NCBI GenBank assembly: GCA_944377305.1
Contig: CALWEL010000001.1
Location: 55,512 to 119,511 of the forward strand
Reading direction: 5' to 3'
DNA: 64,000 bases
Origin: an uncultured Clostridia bacterium
Lineage (GTDB): Bacteria; Bacillota; Clostridia; Christensenellales; UBA1242
Part shown: positions 38,855 through 47,466 of the stretch, piece after piece
How positions within the stretch are numbered: position 1 is the stretch's first letter
Layout: each line of letters begins with the position of its first letter
Notes under the pieces: generated by a model
Database searches by the model: none
Told to the model about the DNA's origin: nothing
What the model saw: only the letters and a program-made list of their open reading frames with translations
Program-made: the position numbers and the translations under genes

Positions 38855-39428
38855 TGCCTTTTATAATCCCCTTTATCCCTTGGCGGATGAGTGTTGGCAG
38901 GAAGTGTTTCAAATCGTCTAACTTGCAATTAATGTTGCCCTTAAACCAATCGGTATATACGTTCACCACTCCTCCAACGACATATTGAACCACCATTTTA
39001 AAGTTTTCATAATTTGTCACATATTTCATAATCTTGAAATTGTTAGATATAGATTTCAAGATTGAATTTTTGATTTTTTCCATAAGATTACCATTACCGG
39101 TTGCTGTGATGATAAGACGATAATAATCAATATCTTTTGACAATATTTCATTCAATCTTCCAATCATTACCTCTGGTAAATGATCTATGTCCGCCATACG
39201 AAAATCTATTTCTAATTCTTTGAAATTTGATGCAAGCTCATTTTCAATGTATTGCGCCACATCATCCAGATTTTTGAAATGCAAATAAAATGTCCCGCGG
39301 TTTATTCCAGCGGCATTCACTACATCGGTGACTGTGAATTTATTGTCAGCTTCTATCAATAGGGTTAAATAAGTGGAAGAAATTTTCTTTTTGCTCAATA
39401 TTGAATTTTTGTATTCTGCTTTTTTCAT
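38835..39428 (-). CDS. TetR/AcrR-family transcriptional regulator
   Basis: The N-terminal HTH 'FTVTDVVNAAGINRGTFYLHFKNLDDV' is a typical TetR_N pattern. It is 197 aa. Confidence 0.88.
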   Translation of the reverse strand: MKKAEYKNSILSKKKISSTYLTLLIEADNKFTVTDVVNAAGINRGTFYLHFKNLDDVAQYIENELASNFKELEIDFRMADIDHLPEVMIGRLNEILSKDIDYYRLIITATGNGNLMEKIKNSILKSISNNFKIMKYVTNYENFKMVVQYVVGGVVNVYTDWFKGNINCKLDDLKHFLPTLIRQGIKGIIKGNASEYY

Positions 39429-39434
39429 AATATA

Positions 39435-39463
39435 ATACTATCAAAAATAAACAGATTTGTCAA
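39435..39463 (-). promoter_or_regulatory. Putative tetR promoter giving a leaderless mRNA
   Basis: On the minus strand: TTGACA (39463-39458), a 17-nt spacer, TAGTAT (39440-39435), then 6 nt and the ATG (39428). There is no SD upstream of the ATG. Confidence 0.4.
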
Positions 39464-39521
39464 ATATTGTCTAGTGTTGACAATTATTTTTCGAGAATTT
39501 TTTTAAAATATTTCATTTTAG

Positions 39522-39550
39522 TTGTAGAATTTTGTTAAGTTTATTATAAT
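39522..39550 (+). promoter_or_regulatory. Putative promoter of degV (39592)
   Basis: TTGTAG (39522-39527), a 17-nt spacer, and TATAAT (39545-39550). Confidence 0.45.
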
Positions 39551-39556
39551 ACAATT

Positions 39557-39572
39557 ATAAACATTTGTTTAT
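39557..39572. promoter_or_regulatory. Candidate TetR operator palindrome
   Basis: ATAAACA-tt-TGTTTAT lies immediately downstream of the -10 box. A related half-site, ATAAACAgaTTTGT (39447-39460), lies inside the tetR promoter spacer. Confidence 0.35.
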
Positions 39573-39591
39573 TTTTGAATAAGGAGATAGT

Positions 39592-40512
39592 ATGAAAAAA
39601 GTCGCATTAGTGGTAGATAATTCCGGAAGTTTGACCAAAGAAGAGATGGAGAAAATCCATATTACAAAAATGATCCCTATTTCGTTTATTGTCAATGGGG
39701 AAGAATATTATGAAAATCAAAATATGACTTATGAGGAATTTTATAAATTTTTAGCTGATAAAAAAACCGATGTAAGCACATCACAACCAAGCATTGAGAT
39801 GATCAAGGAGGAATGGAGAGGCATTTTGAAAGACTATGACGAGATAGTCTACATTATTTTGTCAAGCGGATTAAGCGAGTCTTGTAACACGGCTATCAAT
39901 GCAAGTCATACAGATGAATTTGAAGGGAAAGTATTTGTAGTGAATAATCAGCGAGTTGCTTATGCGAATAAAATGGCAATGTTTGAAGCTCGATATATGA
40001 TAGATAATGGAAAATCTGGAAAGGAGATCAAAGAATATCTTGAAAAGACCAGAAGTGAATGTGGTATTTATATTGCTGTCGACACATTGAAATATTTGAA
40101 AAAGGGAGGAAGAGTGACACCTGCTGCCGCTGCAATTGGAACATTGTTAAATATCAAACCCATACTTCAAATACACGGAGGCAAATTGGATGCCTACGCT
40201 AAGGTTATGTCGATGAAACAGGCTAGAGCAAAAATGATTTCCGCTACTCGAAAAGAAATATTGGAGCGATTCCCTGAAGAAGCAAAAGAAGGTAAAGTCT
40301 ATATTGGTATGGCTCATAGCAATGCTAATTTAAATGCACAGGAATTGAAAGATTTTAGAGAAGAAGTGGCACGTGCTTTCCCAGAATATCCATTCTTTAC
40401 CTTTGATCCGCTACCTCTATTTATTGTTTGTCACACAGGACCTAATGCGATGGCTGTTGGATATTGTGTAGACAGAATGGGAATAATTAAAAAGATGATA
40501 AAGGGCGATTAA
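39592..40512 (+). CDS. DegV family (fatty-acid-binding, FakB-like) protein, second paralog
   Basis: AAGGAG RBS. Contains 'VVDNSGSL', 'TSQPS' and 'ILSSGLSESCN', plus C-terminal 'VCHTGPNAM'. Confidence 0.9.
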   Translation: MKKVALVVDNSGSLTKEEMEKIHITKMIPISFIVNGEEYYENQNMTYEEFYKFLADKKTDVSTSQPSIEMIKEEWRGILKDYDEIVYIILSSGLSESCNTAINASHTDEFEGKVFVVNNQRVAYANKMAMFEARYMIDNGKSGKEIKEYLEKTRSECGIYIAVDTLKYLKKGGRVTPAAAAIGTLLNIKPILQIHGGKLDAYAKVMSMKQARAKMISATRKEILERFPEEAKEGKVYIGMAHSNANLNAQELKDFREEVARAFPEYPFFTFDPLPLFIVCHTGPNAMAVGYCVDRMGIIKKMIKGD

Positions 40513-40647
40513 TTCGCTTTTTTTATTTTGATTATTATTTTGATTGTTAATTAATTGAATAATTGAAATTATGTAGAAATCAATTTTTCTAATTCAATTC
40601 AATGAAGATAGGAAATGTTTTGAAATATATTTAATTTTTGGTAATAT

Positions 40648-41004
40648 ATGAGTATGATTAGCGTGGGATTGGTGATAAAAAAGTCAAAATTTATAGCATA
40701 TAAATATGAAATAAATTCATTACAAGAGGTAAAAGAGATTTTGCAAAAGTTAAAAAAAGAACATAAAAAAGCAAATCATATTTGTTATGCGTATATATAC
40801 AATAAAGAAATAGTCAGTGAGAAATGTAGCGATGATGGTGAACCAAACAGGACGGCAGGATATCCTATTTTGCAAGTAATGAAAAAAAAGAATCTTACTA
40901 ACACGCTGGTGGCGGTGGTTAGATATTTTGGTGGCATCAAATTGGGTGCAGGTGGACTTACTCGTGCATACACAAATGCAACAAGTGAAGTATTGAAAAT
41001 TTAA
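40648..41004 (+). CDS. yigZ: YigZ/IMPACT N-terminal domain protein (short, 118 aa)
   Basis: Contains UPF0029 motifs 'KSKFIAY', 'HICYAY', 'SDDGEPNRTAGYPIL' and 'VVRYFGGIKLGAGGLTRAY'. It lacks the C-terminal DUF1949-type domain of full-length YigZ. Confidence 0.7.
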   Translation: MSMISVGLVIKKSKFIAYKYEINSLQEVKEILQKLKKEHKKANHICYAYIYNKEIVSEKCSDDGEPNRTAGYPILQVMKKKNLTNTLVAVVRYFGGIKLGAGGLTRAYTNATSEVLKI

Positions 41005-41056
41005 AAATTTGTTTTTACTATTGTAATTTTGAATATTATATGCTATCATAACGATT

Positions 41057-41653
41057 ATGAAAAATATTGCCATAGATCTTGATAAAACATTGATTGATTG
41101 CGACTCTACCATATATCAGTTGTCGAATAAATATTTCGCAGATATCTTTGCTACATCAAATAAAAAATTAAAATATTCAATTATAAAAGATGAATTTGAC
41201 GACAAAGACGGGATTATCTCAAAGATTATTAATAAATTTACAAGGATGGGAAATATCTCATCGTATATTGTTCAAAAAAATGCAGTTGAATTGATAAATG
41301 AGTGGTACAACGAAGGTATCAAGATCTATTTTTTATCCTGTCGACCTAATTTTGCCTCATTAAATATGGTATTGAGAAAATTTTTTGATGAGTCAAATAT
41401 ACACTACAATAGTCTAGTCGTGAATTGCAATAATAAAGCGAAATTTTGCAAACGCTTTGATATTGATTTGTTGATAGATAATTCTCCGTCCGTTTGTTTA
41501 GATGTTGAATCAAACGATATCAATGCAATTTGTTTGAATGATAAATTGACTAATAAAAAGAGATTTTCTGAACTAAGCTTTGCGAGAGATTGGCTTGAAA
41601 TTCGTGAGGTTGTCAATTCAATGAGATTTAATAAAAATAATATAAAAATATAA
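41057..41653 (+). CDS. HAD-superfamily hydrolase-like protein (nucleotidase-like)
   Basis: Has N-terminal HAD motif I 'IAIDLDKTLID' (DxDxT) and a distal 'LIDNSP' acidic motif. The specificity is unknown. Confidence 0.45.
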   Translation: MKNIAIDLDKTLIDCDSTIYQLSNKYFADIFATSNKKLKYSIIKDEFDDKDGIISKIINKFTRMGNISSYIVQKNAVELINEWYNEGIKIYFLSCRPNFASLNMVLRKFFDESNIHYNSLVVNCNNKAKFCKRFDIDLLIDNSPSVCLDVESNDINAICLNDKLTNKKRFSELSFARDWLEIREVVNSMRFNKNNIKI

Positions 41654-41702
41654 TAATTATAATTTATTGCAAAATGCATATCTTTGTGTTATAATAAAAT
41701 TT

Positions 41703-43388
41703 ATGAATATAAAGAAATTAATATCCGATTTAATCACAGTAAAAATTGAAAATATAAATTATGAAGATTTGATTGTAGAATCCATTTCATCTGACAAGGG
41801 AGATTATTGTCTACCTTGTTTTCCGTTTTCAAAAATTCTTAAGAAAAATCCCAATCAAATAGCGCTAGATTTAGCTTCTACTGTCAAAAAGAGCAAATAT
41901 ATTGAAAAAATAGAAGTGGTGCAGGGATATCTAAATTTCTTTTTGAATATTCAGGTGTTATCAAAAGAAATTTTGGCGGAGATAATTGATAGTAAAATAC
42001 AAACAGAGGGTCAAGGCAAAGTGGTGTGTATAGATTATGGAAGTCCAAATTTGGCGAAATATTTGCACATTGGTCATTTGAAAACCCTGATTATTGGGGA
42101 AAGTTTATGTAGATTATTTGAAATGTTTGGATACACAGTGAAACGTCTCAATTTTGTAGGAGATTATGGAACTCCTTTTGGTAAGATTATAGGGGGAATA
42201 GAGCTTTTTGGTTCAATGCAAGAAGTTGAGAAACGAGGCAATGATGCATTGCAAGATTATTATGTTAAATTCAACCAATTGGAAGAAAAAGATGAAAAGT
42301 ATGTTCAGATGGCTCGTGACATCTTTAAAAAGATTGAAGAAAAAGATGAAAAGATCTATTCAATGTACAAAAAAATTGTTGAGATTTCGCTATCTGACGC
42401 AATTGAGAAGTTCAAATTGTTGGGAGTCGAATTCGATGATTACCGTGGCGAAATGTATTATAATCAGTTTGTGCCGAAATTGATTGAGAGACTGAAAGAG
42501 TTGGGACTCCTTTCCACAAGTCAAGGAGCTCAAATCGTAGACTTGTCCGCTTATGATATGCCTCCTGCTATTATGCTTAAAAGTGATGGGACTTCGCTTT
42601 ATGCTTCGCGCGATCTGTCTGCATCAATAGTTAGATATCGTGATTACGAATTTGACAAAATGATTTATTTAACAGCGGTAGAACAAGATTTACATTTTAA
42701 ACAATGGTTCAAAGTGGCGGAATTGATGAAAATGAAGTATGCGTCATCGTTGGAACACGTGTCGTATGGTAGATTCAGTTTACCAGATGGAAAGATAAGT
42801 TCGCGTAGAGGCAAGCAGGCAGTTTTGGTGGATTTGATCGAATATGTTTTGACGAAAGCAAAAGAAGTGATCAAAGATAGAAAATTTGAAATAGAAAAAC
42901 CGACAGAAGTCGCAAAAAAAGTATCACGTGCCGTGTTGAACTATAGTGTGCTGAAAGTCGAACGCGGGAAAGATTGTGTGTTTGATGTGGAAAAAGCATT
43001 TTCATTTGAAGGTGAGACTGCTCCTTATATGCAATATACCTTCACTCGAATAGAAAGTATTTTAAGAAAATATAGTAATAATATTAATAATTCTAAAAAT
43101 ATAGAATATGATTATTCTTGCTTCAATACTGACGCTTTTGTATTGACAAAAATGCTGAATAATTTTGTACCAGATTGCAGACAAGCACTTATAAAACGAG
43201 ACCCTAGTTTTGTGGCGAAGCGCGTGATGGAGTTGTGCAAGGCTTTTAATAAATTTTATACTACGACCAAAGTTTTAGAAGGAACAGAACCAGAAATTAA
43301 TGCTAAAATCAGATTGCTAATTGCACTGAGAAAAATTTTGAAACAAGGTTTTAACTTGATCTGTATTGAGTGCCTCAAAGAGATGTAA
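41703..43388 (+). CDS. argS: Arginine--tRNA ligase
   Basis: Contains 'CIDYGSPNLAKYLHIGHL' (HIGH), 'DGTSLYASRDL' and a C-terminal DALR-type anticodon-binding domain. ATG 41703 is preferred over the ORF-track TTG 41667. Confidence 0.93.
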   Translation: MNIKKLISDLITVKIENINYEDLIVESISSDKGDYCLPCFPFSKILKKNPNQIALDLASTVKKSKYIEKIEVVQGYLNFFLNIQVLSKEILAEIIDSKIQTEGQGKVVCIDYGSPNLAKYLHIGHLKTLIIGESLCRLFEMFGYTVKRLNFVGDYGTPFGKIIGGIELFGSMQEVEKRGNDALQDYYVKFNQLEEKDEKYVQMARDIFKKIEEKDEKIYSMYKKIVEISLSDAIEKFKLLGVEFDDYRGEMYYNQFVPKLIERLKELGLLSTSQGAQIVDLSAYDMPPAIMLKSDGTSLYASRDLSASIVRYRDYEFDKMIYLTAVEQDLHFKQWFKVAELMKMKYASSLEHVSYGRFSLPDGKISSRRGKQAVLVDLIEYVLTKAKEVIKDRKFEIEKPTEVAKKVSRAVLNYSVLKVERGKDCVFDVEKAFSFEGETAPYMQYTFTRIESILRKYSNNINNSKNIEYDYSCFNTDAFVLTKMLNNFVPDCRQALIKRDPSFVAKRVMELCKAFNKFYTTTKVLEGTEPEINAKIRLLIALRKILKQGFNLICIECLKEM

Positions 43389-43475
43389 TTCTAACAATTT
43401 AGTCAATAAAACTTTTAATATAAATGGCAATATTTATAATCAATTATTAATTAAGTAAATCTTAAATATTCATAT

Positions 43476-43528
43476 AAAAATATCTCCAAAAATTTTGAAC
43501 ACACTTCAATTTGAGGAGATATTTTTTA
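43476..43528. terminator. Bidirectional terminator between argS and the protease gene
   Basis: ATATCTCC (43480-43487) pairs with GGAGATAT (43515-43522), with an A5 run on the left and a T6 run on the right. The loop is large. Confidence 0.5.
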
Positions 43529-43551
43529 GTTGAGTTTGAAGAAAATTTATT

Positions 43552-45036
43552 TTATACAATGAAATTCATCATATCGGAGCTGACTGTGCCAATCACGATA
43601 GATTGATTCAAATTATCACGTGCAACATTAATCAATACACTGTCTCCAACTCGTACTGTTAATAACAATTCGCTCACTTGATAATAACGTGATATTTCAT
43701 ACTCACTGTCGTTTATCACAATAGAAGTGATAATATCGCCTTCTAACATTCCTTTCTTTTGAGCTAATGAATTTTCACTTACGTTCACGATAACGGCATT
43801 TTCACTAATAGTGATCTCATCAGTTTGATAATCGTATGAAGTTTTGGTATTTTCTGCAGAAATAGCGATTCCTAAATATAATTTTGAAACATTGATATAC
43901 GATGAGGAATTGCTCGATTTATTTGTGCTTGTTTCGTATTGATCGATAATGTTTTCTGCCACTTTAGTCACATTGTCATAAGGAAGGGCATAGGCAATAT
44001 TGTCGGCAGCAGATCCGTCAGCTGTCATCACAAGTTTAGAATTGACTATTCCTATCAATTCACCTTTGTCATTGAATACTCCACCACCAGAATTACCACC
44101 ATTAATAGCAGAGTCTATTCGCATTACGCGGAAAGTTACTTCCGTCTTTTCATCGACTCCGGTCATAGAGATTTCTTCGCTGACAACAGATATGATTCCG
44201 CTTGTTACGCTTATGCCGTCACCTTCAGGATTCCCTATGGCGATCGCAGTATCTGCCAAACTATATCCATCTGCTATTGTGACAGCTTTTGCATCAGGAT
44301 TGACAGCTTTTAAACTGACCGTTGAAACTTTCAGTATAGCAATGTCATAATTCATAGATCCACCGATGTATGTGCATTCTACTCCATTGCCACCGAAAGC
44401 TACAGTAGGTGAAGTGATAGCGTTGGAGGAATCAGTTTCATCTATGACGACACTTTGACCATAAGGGTAGGCATAAATTGAACGTGCAATTTTGGTGCTG
44501 ATTTCAGAATCTATTTGATAAACTACGTGGAAGTTGGTGATAATATAACTATATTCATCGTTCATTTCATAAATTACCCCCGCACCGCAATAGATTTTTG
44601 ATTCAGTGACTTCTTCATACATTGGAAATTCACCAACGACACTAGTAATCGGATGTTCTACATAAATGCTAAGCACGGACGGTGTAGCATTCACGACAGC
44701 ATCTTTTGTGCTGTTATTTTCTACTATAATATCCAAATATTCAGACAAAAATTTGAGATAGTCCTCGTTTGTGTCTGAATACTGCCCACGCTCTACTAAT
44801 GACATAAAGATGTCTTCTATGGTTACATTTTCTGCATCTTTTCCATCAGTGCCATTTTCAACAGTAAATGTTGAAGTGGTATTATCGGAATAATAGATAG
44901 TATAAGTGTCTGTAGTACCAATAGTCTCAGTTTTTTCAATTCCGATCACATAAGGATCTGTAATGCTACATCCACCAAATAAAAATATACAAGGCAATAT
45001 AACTATAAGCAAAAGAAATGCTCTAAATTTTTTCAT
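43552..45036 (-). CDS. Lipoprotein trypsin-like serine protease with C-terminal PDZ domain (S1C/HtrA-like)
   Basis: Lipobox 'LFGGCS'. The catalytic triad context is 'TNFHVV', 'DIAILKV' and 'GNSGGGVF'. PDZ-like segment 'AQKKGMLEGDIITSIV'. Confidence 0.85.
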   Translation of the reverse strand: MKKFRAFLLLIVILPCIFLFGGCSITDPYVIGIEKTETIGTTDTYTIYYSDNTTSTFTVENGTDGKDAENVTIEDIFMSLVERGQYSDTNEDYLKFLSEYLDIIVENNSTKDAVVNATPSVLSIYVEHPITSVVGEFPMYEEVTESKIYCGAGVIYEMNDEYSYIITNFHVVYQIDSEISTKIARSIYAYPYGQSVVIDETDSSNAITSPTVAFGGNGVECTYIGGSMNYDIAILKVSTVSLKAVNPDAKAVTIADGYSLADTAIAIGNPEGDGISVTSGIISVVSEEISMTGVDEKTEVTFRVMRIDSAINGGNSGGGVFNDKGELIGIVNSKLVMTADGSAADNIAYALPYDNVTKVAENIIDQYETSTNKSSNSSSYINVSKLYLGIAISAENTKTSYDYQTDEITISENAVIVNVSENSLAQKKGMLEGDIITSIVINDSEYEISRYYQVSELLLTVRVGDSVLINVARDNLNQSIVIGTVSSDMMNFIV

Positions 45037-45193
45037 AAGTTCTCCTTTAAATATATGTTTTATATAACCTATAAATCATATAATAAAATATTATATCACA
45101 AACAAATTTATTTTATATCGATTTTGTACATATTTTTAAAATTATTTTGAAAATTTTATATTTTATGTTAACCTATTTATAATGGAATGATAT

Positions 45194-45976
45194 ATGAAGA
45201 AAGAATTGAAACATAAACACACGGGGCATAGGCAAAGATTGAAAAACAAAGTGAGAATGAATGGTTTGAAATCTTTGAGCATACACGAAGTATTGGAATT
45301 GTTGTTGACATATACAATTCCACAAAAAGATACCAATGCATTGGCACACGAATTGATAGATAGATACAATGGATTTTCAAATGTATTGGAGGCAGACTAT
45401 TTAGATATTATGAACATAAGTGGAGTTGGAGAAGAAACTGCACTATTTTTGACAATGTTACCAGATTTGTTTGATTTGTATAAGAAAGATAAGCAAGAGG
45501 TCGTAGATATTCGGTTGAATTGTCCACGTGATTGTGTGGAATATTTTAGGAAGCATCACGAGCTGCATTCAAAAGAATATTTGTATGTAGTAGGATTAAA
45601 TAATATGAATAAGATTGTCAAGACTTTTGAAATAGAGGGCGTAAATGATGTAAATATTAAAATAGGTCTAAAAGATTTTGCTCAAATGATCACGAGCAAA
45701 ATGTTGACAGGCATTATATTATTTCATACTCATCCTAATGGTAGAGTAAATCCTAGCGATGATGACATTGAGACAACTCAAAAAATTTTTGATATATGCT
45801 CAATAATGGGCGTGGTACTTCTCGATCATATAATATTAAACGAAGATAATTATTATTCGTTTGGTTGTGAAGGTTTGATAGATGAAATGCAACGAAAATA
45901 TTCAAATTTATATTCATTCAACAAGAGGCAAAATATTAATTTACAACAAAATAAATACGATTATACAAAAATATAA
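45194..45976 (+). CDS. radC: RadC/UPF0758 JAB-domain protein
   Basis: N-terminal 'GHRQRLK..LS.HEVLELLL' and an HhH 'ISGVGEETA'. JAMM motif 'HTHPNGRVNPSDDD'. Confidence 0.9.
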   Translation: MKKELKHKHTGHRQRLKNKVRMNGLKSLSIHEVLELLLTYTIPQKDTNALAHELIDRYNGFSNVLEADYLDIMNISGVGEETALFLTMLPDLFDLYKKDKQEVVDIRLNCPRDCVEYFRKHHELHSKEYLYVVGLNNMNKIVKTFEIEGVNDVNIKIGLKDFAQMITSKMLTGIILFHTHPNGRVNPSDDDIETTQKIFDICSIMGVVLLDHIILNEDNYYSFGCEGLIDEMQRKYSNLYSFNKRQNINLQQNKYDYTKI

Positions 45977-46215
45977 TTTACATACGATTGTGATAAATTT
46001 AACTTTAATTATTTACTGATTATTAAAAACAAAAATTTGAAATAAATTTAGAAAAATTTATAAAAAATTAATAAATTTCGTCAATTTTATTGTTTTTTAT
46101 TAATAATATTAATTATTAATTTAATTATTTAAATAAATTGATAACATTATCAACTATTTTTTTGTTTTTTCATATATTTAATTATGATTATTTTATAATA
46201 ATTTATAGGAGAAAA

Positions 46216-47175
46216 ATGCAAAATTATATTGATAAATTATTTTTTTCATTGATAGATGAAATAAAATCAAAAAATATAAATGAAATTTATTTTAATATGT
46301 TTACGAAATTTAAGATGATCCCTTTTCCTACACAACTATCCATTCAACAATTTTTGAATCAATTTCAATATTGGGGAAGAATTGAAATTGAACACGACAA
46401 TTATGAAATGCTGTGGCTCAAAGCGAAAGTTTTTGATGAACATATTGATGAATTGACTGAATTGTATGAAAAATTGAATGATTACAAATCAAAATACATT
46501 TTGTTTTCAATTCTAAATAATTTTTATAATTTTGATTTTGATCATTTGAAAAATTCTATTGAAAATATATACAAACATTATTTTGATCTTGGTCTTATGC
46601 CCAGATTGAAAGATCAAATATTTGTAGATGTTGGCGCATTTATAGGAGATAGTGTACTAGATTTTGTAGACAGTTACGGAACAAATTCATATAAAAAAAT
46701 TTATTGTTATGAAATTAGTAATTCAAATATTGAGAAGATGAAAGAAAATTTGAAAAACTATCCAAATATATCTATTATTAAAAAAGCTGTGACGGCAACG
46801 AAATGCGAATTACATTTTGACGAAAATACGGAGTCATCAGCAAACAAGGTCACTGAAAATGGAAAAAATTTAATTGAGGGAGTATCTCTAGATGATGAAA
46901 TTATAGAGCCTATAGACATCGTAAAGATGGATATAGAGGGTGGAGAATATAAGGCAATAGAGGGGATGAAAGATCATATCAAAAAAGATTCTCCGATTTT
47001 GCTCGTTTCAGTTTATCACAATAATACAGATTTATTTGAAATACCTAAATTAATTTTAAGTTATAATGATAACTATGATTTGTATCTTAGATATTATGGA
47101 GGACCGATCTTTGCTACAGAAATTGTTTTGATTGCACTTCCCAAAAATAGAAATTTGGCAAAAATGAGTATGTAA
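46216..47175 (+). CDS. FkbM-family methyltransferase
   Basis: AGGAG RBS at ATG 46216, whereas the ORF-track TTG 46138 has none. Contains SAM motif 'FVDVGAFIGDS' and the FkbM hallmark 'VKMDIEGGEYKA'. There is a ~150-aa N-terminal extension of unknown function. Confidence 0.8.
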   Translation: MQNYIDKLFFSLIDEIKSKNINEIYFNMFTKFKMIPFPTQLSIQQFLNQFQYWGRIEIEHDNYEMLWLKAKVFDEHIDELTELYEKLNDYKSKYILFSILNNFYNFDFDHLKNSIENIYKHYFDLGLMPRLKDQIFVDVGAFIGDSVLDFVDSYGTNSYKKIYCYEISNSNIEKMKENLKNYPNISIIKKAVTATKCELHFDENTESSANKVTENGKNLIEGVSLDDEIIEPIDIVKMDIEGGEYKAIEGMKDHIKKDSPILLVSVYHNNTDLFEIPKLILSYNDNYDLYLRYYGGPIFATEIVLIALPKNRNLAKMSM

Positions 47176-47466
47176 TATTTGCCGTTGCATTTGCTTTTTT
47201 ATTCTGTTAATTGAACAATATTGATATGATAATAATTAAGCAATCGGATTTTTTATTGAACATATTTTTATATTCAAAATTAACAAATTAAATATTCAAG
47301 ATTTAGATAAGGAGAAATTTGAAATTTGAAAATTTGGTTTATAAAAAATCAAATTGATTTATTATAAAAATAAACGATACAGTATTTTTGTAATATTTTT
47401 AATTGTTGGCTGAATTACTTGAAAATTTTGACACATTCTGATAAAATAAAGGAAAAGGGATGAGTT

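Noticed and set aside
1442-44350. Many ORF-track entries antisense to or out of frame within strong genes. Examples are 1442..1906(-), 2124..2345(-), 3037..3366(-), 15921..16178(-), 18344..18700(-), 25202..25621(-), 26992..27348(-), 27616..27984(-), 32876..33160(+), 37142..37408(+) and 43939..44350(+).
   Set aside because: These are shadow ORFs inside genes that carry unambiguous conserved motifs on the other strand or frame. They have no RBS, and their compositions are low-complexity or odd.
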